Shown in pieces: positions 8,342-15,144 of a DNA stretch of 32,000 nucleotides. Numbering within the stretch: the first letter of the stretch is position 1; each line of letters opens with the position of its first letter. A program made the translations under genes and the position numbers. The stretch spans positions 4,770,001-4,802,000 of the forward strand of contig CP126532.1 in the NCBI GenBank assembly GCA_030167145.1, in the 5' to 3' direction. Under the pieces are notes generated by a model. It worked only from the letters and a program-made list of their open reading frames with translations. It did no database searches and had not been told where the DNA came from. Origin of the DNA: Ktedonobacterales bacterium (GTDB taxonomy: Bacteria > Chloroflexota > Ktedonobacteria > Ktedonobacterales > JADMIN01).

Positions 8342-8388
8342 CTATAGCGTTAGGCCATCACAACATGTCACATCATGGGCGCTTTGCG

Positions 8389-9261
8389 TCATTCCTCGTC
8401 ATGTTCGGCTTTTTCTTCAGAGAGGTGGAGCGCAAGGGCATAGGCTTCACGGCGGGTTAATCCGAGTTCTCTGGCGACCCGCGCGGCGGCTTCGCGGGTG
8501 GCAAGTCCGTGGCTAAGGAGGTCACCCAGACGATCGCGGGCAAGGTCTTCGACGGAATGGGACTCGTCGGGAGCGGTTGTGGGTGTGACGAGTGCGCCGG
8601 AGATGACCAGGGTGAACTCACCCCGCGGGGTGAGTTCACCGCTGGCGAAGCGCGCACGGATGGCGGCGAGCGAGCCTCGGAGCCAGTCTTCGTGCAGCTT
8701 GGTTAGCTCACGGGCGATGGCGATTTCACGGTCGCCGAGCATGGCAAGCAGATCGTCGAGGCAGCTCAGCAGGCGATGTGGCGCTTCGTAGAGGATAAGC
8801 GTATAGGGCGACATGCGCACCTGTTCGAGCAAGGTGCGGCGATCGGTAGATTTGCGTGGGAGGAAACCCAGGAAGGTAAAATTGTCGGTGGGTAGACCCG
8901 ATGCGATGAGCGCGGCAATGGCGGCGGTGGGTCCGGGAATCGGGATCACTGGATAGCCAGCAGCGATAGCGGCGCGCACGAGATCCTGGCCAGGATCGGA
9001 GACGGCGGGAGTGCCAGCATCGGAGACTAGCGCGACATCGCCGGTTGCGAGCGCGGATAGAATGATGTCACGCTGCGCCTGAGGGCTATGCTCGTGGTAG
9101 CTGATGGTGGACGTGGAGATGTTGAAGTGGGTGAGTAGTTTGCGGGTGTGGCGAGTGTCCTCGGCGGCGATGAGCGGAACCTCGCGCAGGATGCGGAGCG
9201 CGCGCAGGGTGATGTCTTCGAGATTCCCTATAGGGGTGGCAACAAGGTAGAGCGTACCCAT
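8389..9261 (-). CDS. rsmI: 16S rRNA (cytidine1402-2'-O)-methyltransferase
   Basis: The N-terminus GTLYLVATPIGNLEDITLRALRILREVPLIAAEDTRHTRKLL is the RsmI signature, in a tetrapyrrole-methylase fold. ATG 9261 lies 4 nt after the dtd stop. Confidence 0.9.
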   Translation of the reverse strand: MGTLYLVATPIGNLEDITLRALRILREVPLIAAEDTRHTRKLLTHFNISTSTISYHEHSPQAQRDIILSALATGDVALVSDAGTPAVSDPGQDLVRAAIAAGYPVIPIPGPTAAIAALIASGLPTDNFTFLGFLPRKSTDRRTLLEQVRMSPYTLILYEAPHRLLSCLDDLLAMLGDREIAIARELTKLHEDWLRGSLAAIRARFASGELTPRGEFTLVISGALVTPTTAPDESHSVEDLARDRLGDLLSHGLATREAAARVARELGLTRREAYALALHLSEEKAEHDEE

Positions 9262-9265
9262 GTGC

Positions 9266-9721
9266 TCACGACCACATGGCGGTGTCGAGCCAGATAGTGA
9301 CTGGCCCATCGTTGACCAACTCTATTTGCATATCCGCGCCGAAGCGGCCACCTTGCACGGGCACACCGAGGGCGCGCAGTTCCTCCATCACTTGCTCGAT
9401 TAGCGGCGCGGCAACATCTGGGGGCGCGGCACGAGTGAAACCCGGACGGCGGCCACGACGCACATCGGCGTAGAGGGTGAATTGCGAGACGACCAGCGCC
9501 CCGCCGCCAATGTCGCGTAGCGAGCGGTTGATTTTGCCCTGGCCATCGGCGAAGATACGCAATCCAGCAATCTTATCGGCCATCAATTGCGCCTGGGCCT
9601 CGCTATCGTCCAGGCCAACGCCGAGCAATACCACGAGACCCGGTGCGGGATCCAGCTTCCCGATAGTCTCGCCATGTACGATGACGCGCCCGCTTGTCGC
9701 GCGTTGCAAGGCGGCGCGCAT
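9266..9721 (-). CDS. dtd: D-aminoacyl-tRNA deacylase
   Basis: 151 aa with the SQFTLYAD and NDGPVT(I/L) motifs. ATG at 9721. Confidence 0.9.
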   Translation of the reverse strand: MRAALQRATSGRVIVHGETIGKLDPAPGLVVLLGVGLDDSEAQAQLMADKIAGLRIFADGQGKINRSLRDIGGGALVVSQFTLYADVRRGRRPGFTRAAPPDVAAPLIEQVMEELRALGVPVQGGRFGADMQIELVNDGPVTIWLDTAMWS

Positions 9722-9727
9722 AGGTGG

Positions 9728-10054
9728 TTACTCTGCTTTCGCCGCCGTCGTGGCGGCAGGCTTAGTGGCTTCGGATGCGGCGCTGCTGCTGTCACCCGTG
9801 GCTGCGCTGGCGGTGGCTGCGGCGCCGGCATCCGTGGACGAGGCGGATTCCGGCGCGGGCTTGGCGGTGGATGCGGCACTTTTGTTGTCCGTGCTGTAGA
9901 AACCACCGCCTTTAAAGACGAGGCCAACCGGATAGATAATACGATGCACTGGCGCGCCACATGTGGGGCAGACCGCAATTGGCTCATCAGTGATCTTCTG
10001 CCAGGCTTCGAAGCGGGCGCCACAAGATTCGCACTTATAATCATACATCGGCAT
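9728..10054 (-). CDS. FmdB-family zinc-ribbon protein with an Ala/Ser/Thr-rich tail
   Basis: MPMYDYKCESCGARFE...AVCPTCGAPV (CxxC...CxxC). AGGAGG lies 12 nt upstream of ATG 10054. Confidence 0.8.
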   Translation of the reverse strand: MPMYDYKCESCGARFEAWQKITDEPIAVCPTCGAPVHRIIYPVGLVFKGGGFYSTDNKSAASTAKPAPESASSTDAGAAATASAATGDSSSAASEATKPAATTAAKAE

Positions 10055-10174
10055 AGAGTTTTCGGAACCTCCTGAACATAGCATAGCACGCGGGCGGGGA
10101 CGGGCAATGTGTGCCGGCTACACATGGGCCATCGCATGACTACCCACGCGGGTGAGCGCGCACCCTATGACATA

Positions 10175-10203
10175 ATTATAGCATTTGGGCGCAGAGCATG
10201 AAC
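10175..10203 (-). promoter_or_regulatory. Candidate promoter of the fmdB-dtd-rsmI-GH3 operon (extended -10 TGCTATAAT)
   Basis: The minus strand reads GTTCAT - 17 nt - TATAAT, with TGc immediately upstream of the -10 box. It lies ~110 nt upstream of the fmdB-family start. Confidence 0.4.
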
Positions 10204-10222
10204 ATACTCCTGACATCTTGGC

Positions 10223-10732
10223 TCAGACTCCGCTGGACGGCTGCGTTTCCTGCTTCAGGCGCACCAATTCGCTAGCGAGGAGATCGGTCCGCGGCCAGTC
10301 CATCTGGTTGGCCGCAACATAAGAATAGCGGATGATGCCAGACGGATCAATGATGAACGCGCTGGGATGCGCGATGCGAAAAGCGTCATAGCTGAGCGCG
10401 TTGTAGACATCATACGCCTGCATGACGGAGCGATGAGTATCGCTGAGCAGTGGAAACGGCAACGGATTACGCGCGAGAAACGCGGCGGTATCATCGGTAT
10501 CCTGCGCGACGATGCCAATCAGTGCCGCGCCCTGGCTGGTGAGTTTAGCGTGTTCGGAGCGCAACTGCGCCCAATGCCTGCGGCAGTTGGGTCACTGGGT
10601 GCCCCGAAAGAAGAAAAGGACGACCCACTGGCCGCGCAACGTGCTCAGGCGCACCGATAAGCCATCGGAAGCAGGGAGGGTGAAGTCTGGCGCGGGGGTT
10701 CCGGCTGCAAGGCCCTTCTTGGAGTTTGGCAT
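10223..10732 (-). CDS. Peroxiredoxin-like (AhpC/TSA-redoxin family) thiol:disulfide oxidoreductase with an in-frame TGA (10592-10594) at the first Cys of the CxxC motif; candidate selenoprotein, otherwise a nonsense pseudogene
   Basis: Track ORFs 10592-10786 and 10223-10564 share one frame. The joined translation is MPNSKKGLAAGTPAPDFTLPASDGLSVRLSTLRGQWVVLFFFRGTQ-[TGA]-PNCRRHWAQLRSEHAKLTSQGAALIGIVAQD...PFPLLSD...PSAFIIDPSGIIRY. The total of 169 codons is typical for the family. ATG 10732 has GGAGA/GAGG upstream. Confidence 0.6.
10562..10589 (-). other. SECIS-like stem-loop immediately 3' of the in-frame TGA
   Basis: mRNA sense: UGA-CC-CAACUGC-c-GC[AGGCAUUGG]GC-GCAGUUG. That is 7 perfect bp, a bulged C, 2 more bp and a 9-nt apical loop containing GG and U. 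Confidence 0.45.
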
Positions 10733-10777
10733 GCCTCGTATATCTCCATCTAACACTAAAGGCAAACAGAGCGCAGC

Positions 10778-10811
10778 GTACATCATCTAGAGAGGGTACA
10801 TCATCCAGAGA
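10778..10811. repeat. Tandem direct repeat (16 nt x2, period 18) in a divergent promoter region; candidate operator
   Basis: gtacatcatctagaga (10778-10793) and gtacatcatccagaga (10796-10811), with one mismatch. They lie 46-79 nt upstream of the peroxiredoxin-like ATG. Confidence 0.7.
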
Positions 10812-10888
10812 TAGTATGGTAGCTGCGGGCACTGACGCAAATCGCAGGGCTTGCCCGCTCATCCGCCAGGAATGCTCGATGTGCGCGA

Positions 10889-10918
10889 TTGTTCGTCCTT
10901 GAACCTTGTATCTATATT
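10889..10918 (+). promoter_or_regulatory. Candidate promoter for the GNAT gene (TTGTTC - 18 nt - TATATT)
   Basis: The hexamers sit at 10889-10894 and 10913-10918, ~60 nt upstream of ATG 10980. Confidence 0.3.
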
Positions 10919-10979
10919 GTTCGTAGAGCAACAGGCAGATATTGCATGGGTGGGTCGCGAACAGGTCGGGGAGGGCGTC

Positions 10980-11867
10980 ATGTCTACAGGGAGCGAACGG
11001 GGAGTCGTGGGTAGGTCCGCGCTGAGCGCAGCAGAGGTGACGGCGATATCCGCGCTGCGCGACCGATGCAACCGTGTTGATGGGCTGGATCTGAAGCTCG
11101 AACTGGAAGCGCGGCGCGATGACGCGGATCCTGGCCAGGTGAGTGCGTTTCTCTATTATGAAGATGCTGTGCTTGTGGGTTGCTGCACGCTCGATGGCCG
11201 CACGGAGGTGGAGATCTGTGGCATGGTGGACCCAGAGCAGCGGCATCGCGGAATCGGTCGAGCGCTGCTGGCCGCTGCGAAGGCTGAGTGTATGCGACGC
11301 GGAACACGACGCATCATGCTCATCTGCGAAGATGCTTCTGCGGGAGGCAAAGCGTTCGTGGCCGCGCATGGCGGGCAGCCTCTCTTTGCGGAACATCGTA
11401 TGGAACTGGAGACGCTTTCGCCGCAGGCAGCGGGACGCACCAACATGGATCCCGTGGAGATCCATGTGGCGCAACGCAGCGATCTGGAGGCGATGGCGCG
11501 CACGCAGGCCGCCATCTTTGCGGATTCAGTGGATTACGTACGATGGAGTATTGAGCGGGACATGGATGACCCGAATACGATCTTCTATCTGGCACTGGCA
11601 CAGGGCTTGAGGCCAATCAGTAGCCTCAAGGTGATTTTCGCACCACCACGCGCGTTTATCTATGCGTTCGGAGTTGTGCCGCAAGAGCGCGGTCGTGGAT
11701 ACGGTGGCCTGATGCTCACGCGAGTAATCGAACTGCTTCAGGCCGCTGGTTGGCGGAAGGTGGCATTGGAGGTGGACGTGGACAATGCTCCAGCGCTGGC
11801 GCTCTACACCGCGCGAGGATTCCACATCACAACGACATATGGGTATTACGAGCTAGCAGAGCCATAA
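10980..11867 (+). CDS. GNAT-family N-acetyltransferase with two tandem GNAT domains (MshD-like architecture)
   Basis: Two acetyl-CoA-binding Q/RxxGxG/A motifs (QRHRGIGRALL and QERGRGYGGLM) and the C-terminal NAPALALYTARGF. ATG 10980 has GGGGAGGG 5 nt upstream. The track start at 10851 is unlikely. Confidence 0.8.
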   Translation: MSTGSERGVVGRSALSAAEVTAISALRDRCNRVDGLDLKLELEARRDDADPGQVSAFLYYEDAVLVGCCTLDGRTEVEICGMVDPEQRHRGIGRALLAAAKAECMRRGTRRIMLICEDASAGGKAFVAAHGGQPLFAEHRMELETLSPQAAGRTNMDPVEIHVAQRSDLEAMARTQAAIFADSVDYVRWSIERDMDDPNTIFYLALAQGLRPISSLKVIFAPPRAFIYAFGVVPQERGRGYGGLMLTRVIELLQAAGWRKVALEVDVDNAPALALYTARGFHITTTYGYYELAEP

Positions 11868-11890
11868 AGAAAAATTTATGGCTAACCATA

Positions 11891-11919
11891 TTGCGTAGTT
11901 AGAGAAGGAATGCTATCAT
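11891..11919 (+). promoter_or_regulatory. Candidate secG promoter (TTGCGT - 17 nt - TATCAT with TGc extended -10)
   Basis: TTGCGT at 11891-11896 and TGCTATCAT at 11911-11919, ~75 nt upstream of the secG start. Confidence 0.4.
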
Positions 11920-11993
11920 AACGTAAAGGGCTGACGCAAAGCGCCCTGGCCGCCAGGAGTAGCGCAGCATCTCAGCGAAAAAGGGGTTGGATT

Positions 11994-12239
11994 GTGACGT
12001 TTCTTTCAGCCTATCGCCAGTACTTCGAGATCGTCCAGATTATCGTGGCGATTGCGTTGACGGCTTCGATTCTGCTCCAGGTGCGTGGGGCGGGGCTTGG
12101 CAGCGTCTTCGGTGGCACGGGCACGGTGTTCAAGACCAGGCGCGGCATTGACAAGTTGCTCTTTCGTTTCACGATTGTCTTCAGCATCTTGTTTGCCGTT
12201 GTCTGTGTTGTCACGGCGACGATCCCGACGCCGAAGTAG
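11994..12239 (+). CDS. secG: Preprotein translocase subunit SecG
   Basis: 81 aa with two TM helices flanking the Gly-rich loop LLQVRGAGLGSVFGGTG. GTG start with AAGGGG upstream. Confidence 0.8.
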   Translation: MTFLSAYRQYFEIVQIIVAIALTASILLQVRGAGLGSVFGGTGTVFKTRRGIDKLLFRFTIVFSILFAVVCVVTATIPTPK

Positions 12240-12344
12240 GCGCCTGCGCTCAAGCGTGGATATGGCTCTTTTTGGCGGCACTGGCGCTGCCTTGGCAGCA
12301 CTGGTGAGTGGTCTGATATCAGCGGTCAATAAGCCGAGCAACGA

Positions 12345-12379
12345 GGCCCGACTTCCGCGGAAGTTGGGCCTTCTTTGTG
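12345..12379 (+). terminator. Intrinsic terminator between the convergent secG and ferredoxin genes
   Basis: GGCCCGACTTCC-GC-GGAAGTTGGGCC, a 12-bp inverted repeat with one G-T pair whose 2-nt centre means the innermost pairs must open to form the loop, followed by TTCTTTGTG. An A-rich run on the other side could allow bidirectional use. Confidence 0.5.
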
Positions 12380-12440
12380 CGCGCCGGAAGTGTAGCCAGC
12401 TACATCTGTTTTATGTGTAGCGGCTCTGGCGGTATCGCGG

Positions 12441-12686
12441 TTAACGCTTGCGGAAATAGTCTGCATTGAGTTGGATGTAGCTTTTCCATTCTGCTGGTAC
12501 CGCGCCTTCGTCGAAAATTGCCGTCACGGGGCAGGCCGGCTCGCAAGCGCCGCAGTCAATGCACTCATCCGGGTCTATGTAATACATGTCGTCTTCTTCG
12601 AGGGCGTGGATGCAGTCCACTGGGCAGACATCCACGCAGGATGCGTCTTTGACGCCGACGCAGGGCTGAGTAATGACATATGTCAT
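12441..12686 (-). CDS. Ferredoxin, 7Fe ([3Fe-4S][4Fe-4S]) type
   Basis: MTYVITQPCVGVKDASCVDVCPVDCIH...CIDCGACEPACPV, the classic FdxA-type cysteine spacing. AGAGAGGA lies upstream of ATG 12686. Confidence 0.85.
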   Translation of the reverse strand: MTYVITQPCVGVKDASCVDVCPVDCIHALEEDDMYYIDPDECIDCGACEPACPVTAIFDEGAVPAEWKSYIQLNADYFRKR

Positions 12687-12967
12687 CAACAAAAGTCCTC
12701 TCTACACGCGCCAGGAATGTCGCAAGCGCATCCGTAGCATAGCGCCAGGAAGGCGAATCGTCAAAGCGACAAAGCGCTTCGCGGGTACTTCGCTGGTCAG
12801 GTACGCAGCGCGTGAATATTGGCAGATTGGGCTTCGCGTTTCGCTCCATTGCTACTACGGAGATATGCAGGCTCAGCGGAGGCGGGCAATGCTCGCCATT
12901 CCGCGCGAACACCTTCGCCCCACCTGGAGCGAAGCCCGTCAGCGAGGCGGGAAGGAGACAAGGTATT

Positions 12968-14029
12968 ATGGCCATCCGTGAGGCTCGCGAGGCTCGCGAG
13001 GCAAAGGCGACCCTGGCTGGATTGAGTCGCGAACAGCTCTTTGACATGCACTACAAGATGGTGCTGCTACGCCGGTTCGAGGAGAAAGCCGCTGAGGAGT
13101 ACACCCTCGGCAAGATTGGTGGGTTCCTGCATCTTTACATCGGTCAGGAAGCCAGTGGTGTTGGTACGTTCTCGGCGTTGCAGCCAGATGATTATGTGCT
13201 GAGCGCCTACCGCGAGCATGGCTATGCCATCCTCAAGGGGCTTGACCCCAAAGCGGTGATGGCGGAACTGTTTGGCAAGGCGACGGGAGGCAGTAAGGGC
13301 AAGGGCGGCTCCATGCATATGTGGAGCAACGAGCATCACTTGCTTGGCGGGCAGGCTATTGTCGGCGGACAACTGGTGATGGCAGCGGGCCTGGGCATCG
13401 CCATTCAGTATCAGAATGAGAAGCGGATCGCATTGGCGCTCTTCGGCGACGGTGCGGTAGATGAGGGCGCATTCCATGAGGCGCTGAATCTCGCATCCGT
13501 CTGGAAACTGCCGGTGGTCTTCCTCTGCGAGAACAATCAATATTCGATGGGCATGGCGGTTACGAAGGCCTGGGCGGTACCCTCGCTGGAGCCGCGTGCG
13601 GCTGGTTACGGCATGCCATATCTCAAAGTGGACGGCATGGATACGCTGGCTGTGCGCGAGGCGATGCTCGAAGCGCGCGAACGCGCGGTGAGCGGCGGCG
13701 GGCCGACACTGATCGAATCGCTGACGTATCGTTTCCGTGGCCACTCGATGGCTGATCCAGCATACTATCGAACGCGTGAAGAAGAAAAGCTCTGGAAAAC
13801 CACACGCGATCCCATCGCGCTCTTCGAGGATAAACTGAAAGAGGCGGGCCTGATGGCCGACCGCGACATCAGCGCCACGAACGACAGGGTGGACGCCGAA
13901 GTGGCTGAATATGCGCGGTTCGCAAATGAAAGCCCCGACCCGACGATTGACGATCTGTATGCGGATGTAACGGTTGACGGGCGTGGCGCTATCGCCTGGC
14001 GCACAAAGCCCAGCACCCCACGCGAATAA
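12968..14029 (+). CDS. pdhA: 2-oxoacid (pyruvate-type) dehydrogenase E1 component, alpha subunit (TPP-binding)
   Basis: MVLLRRFEEKAAEEYTLGKIGGFLHLYIGQEA, the TPP motif GDGAVDEGAFHEALN, and YRFRGHSMADP. ATG 12968 has GGAAGGAGA upstream. The track extension to 12812 looks non-coding. Substrate (pyruvate, acetoin or branched-chain) cannot be fixed from the sequence alone. Confidence 0.85.
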   Translation: MAIREAREAREAKATLAGLSREQLFDMHYKMVLLRRFEEKAAEEYTLGKIGGFLHLYIGQEASGVGTFSALQPDDYVLSAYREHGYAILKGLDPKAVMAELFGKATGGSKGKGGSMHMWSNEHHLLGGQAIVGGQLVMAAGLGIAIQYQNEKRIALALFGDGAVDEGAFHEALNLASVWKLPVVFLCENNQYSMGMAVTKAWAVPSLEPRAAGYGMPYLKVDGMDTLAVREAMLEARERAVSGGGPTLIESLTYRFRGHSMADPAYYRTREEEKLWKTTRDPIALFEDKLKEAGLMADRDISATNDRVDAEVAEYARFANESPDPTIDDLYADVTVDGRGAIAWRTKPSTPRE

Positions 14030-14077
14030 CGCCGTTTGGCGTGTGTCAAAGCGGAATAACCACCGAGGACCAGCTTC

Positions 14078-15130
14078 ATGGCAACAGCCAAAGAACCTGA
14101 GAGAAACGAGAAGAAGACGATGCGGACGATAACGTACCGCGAGGCGCTGCGCGAGGCGATTGCCGAGGAGATGCGGCGTGACGAGCGCATTTACATCCTG
14201 GGTGAGGATATTGCCGGGTACGGCGGCACCTATGGTGTGACCAAGGGGCTAATCGAAGAATTTGGCGAGAAGCGCGTGAAAGATACGCCGCTCGCCGAAG
14301 AGGTTATCGCGGGCGCGGCGATTGGCTCCGCGCTTGGCGGCCTTCGGCCCATTGCTGAACTGATGACCATGAACTTCAGTTTGCTGGCTAGCGATCAGAT
14401 CATCAACAGCCTGGCGAAGTTCCGCTATATGTTCGGCGGCCAGGCCAAGCTGCCGGTGGTGATCCGCATGCCCGCGGGCGGAGGCGCACAGCGCGGGGCG
14501 CAGCACTCGCAGATGCTCGAAAGTCTCTACGCGCACATCCCTGGCCTGAAGCTCGTGATGCCGGCCACGCCATACGACGCCAAGGGCATGCTCAAAGCCA
14601 GCCTGCGGCAGGATGACCCGATTCTCTTCATCGAGCATGAGTTGCTCTATAACGTCAAGGGCGAGGTGCCGGATCTCGGTGTACACTACACCGTGCCGCT
14701 AGATCAAGGTATTGTGCGCCGCGAGGGGAAAGACGTCACCATCGTGACCTTCTCACGCATGGTGCATATCTGCTCGCAAGCGGCGGAGGATCTGGCGAAG
14801 GAAGGCATCGAGGCTGAGGTGATTGATCTGCGCGCGATTCGCCCGATTGACCTGGATCTGGTGCTCGATTCGGTGCGGAAAACCAACCGTGTGGTAATAG
14901 CCGAGGAAGGCTGGAAGTATTACGGCACGGGGCAGGGCATTGCCGCATTGATCTACGAATACGCCTTCGACTGGCTCGACGCGCCGATTGCCCACGTTAC
15001 CGGCAAAGATGTGCCTATGCCCTACTCCAAGGTACTTGAGCGTGCGGCGTTGCCGGGCAAGGCTGAGGTGATCGCCGCTGTGAAGGCGTTGGTTCCCGCG
15101 CGGGCGACCGCCGGAGTTGGTGCGCGATAG
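14078..15130 (+). CDS. pdhB: 2-oxoacid (pyruvate-type) dehydrogenase E1 component, beta subunit
   Basis: ITYREALREAIAEEMRRDERIYILGEDI..., DTPLAEEVIAG and PVVIRMPAGGG, a typical transketolase-like E1beta. Confidence 0.9.
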   Translation: MATAKEPERNEKKTMRTITYREALREAIAEEMRRDERIYILGEDIAGYGGTYGVTKGLIEEFGEKRVKDTPLAEEVIAGAAIGSALGGLRPIAELMTMNFSLLASDQIINSLAKFRYMFGGQAKLPVVIRMPAGGGAQRGAQHSQMLESLYAHIPGLKLVMPATPYDAKGMLKASLRQDDPILFIEHELLYNVKGEVPDLGVHYTVPLDQGIVRREGKDVTIVTFSRMVHICSQAAEDLAKEGIEAEVIDLRAIRPIDLDLVLDSVRKTNRVVIAEEGWKYYGTGQGIAALIYEYAFDWLDAPIAHVTGKDVPMPYSKVLERAALPGKAEVIAAVKALVPARATAGVGAR

Positions 15131-15144
15131 GGAGCGATGAAGCG

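Noticed and set aside
10545-11474. 309-aa minus-strand ORF spanning the peroxiredoxin/GNAT intergenic region and the GNAT gene
   Set aside because: It is antisense to a well-supported GNAT CDS. Its Arg/His/Cys-rich, low-complexity translation is typical of antisense frames in GC-rich DNA, and it has no SD or family motifs. The same reasoning rejects other long antisense ORFs: 15022-16014, 28964-30172, 3856-4641, 16635-17351, 13067-13744, 31317-31928, 1788-2348 and 19257-19832.
11862-11881. AT-rich hairpin CCATAAA-GAAAAA-TTTATGG overlapping the GNAT stop codon, as a terminator
   Set aside because: The stem is weak (7 bp, mostly A-T) and has no following T-tract, so the support is insufficient to call it.
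11934-11942. ACGCAAAGC, a 9-mer identical to the conserved core of the c-di-GMP-I (GEMM-I) riboswitch, in the secG leader
   Set aside because: Only this 9-mer matches. The first GEMM hairpin with its GNRA tetraloop and GGCAAA receptor context is absent, and the local pairing (GGGC...GCCC) does not reproduce the P2 architecture. It is probably a chance match.
12812-12967. 52-codon N-terminal extension of the E1alpha ORF
   Set aside because: The translation has no homology-like character, whereas ATG 12968 has GGAAGGAGA upstream. The region more likely holds the divergent promoters.
12980-13002. Tandem 9-nt repeat GAGGCTCGC x2.5 (encoding REAREAREA) at the 5' end of the E1alpha gene
   Set aside because: It is a short in-frame repeat inside a non-conserved N-terminal tail. 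It is a trivial slippage product with no evident regulatory role.
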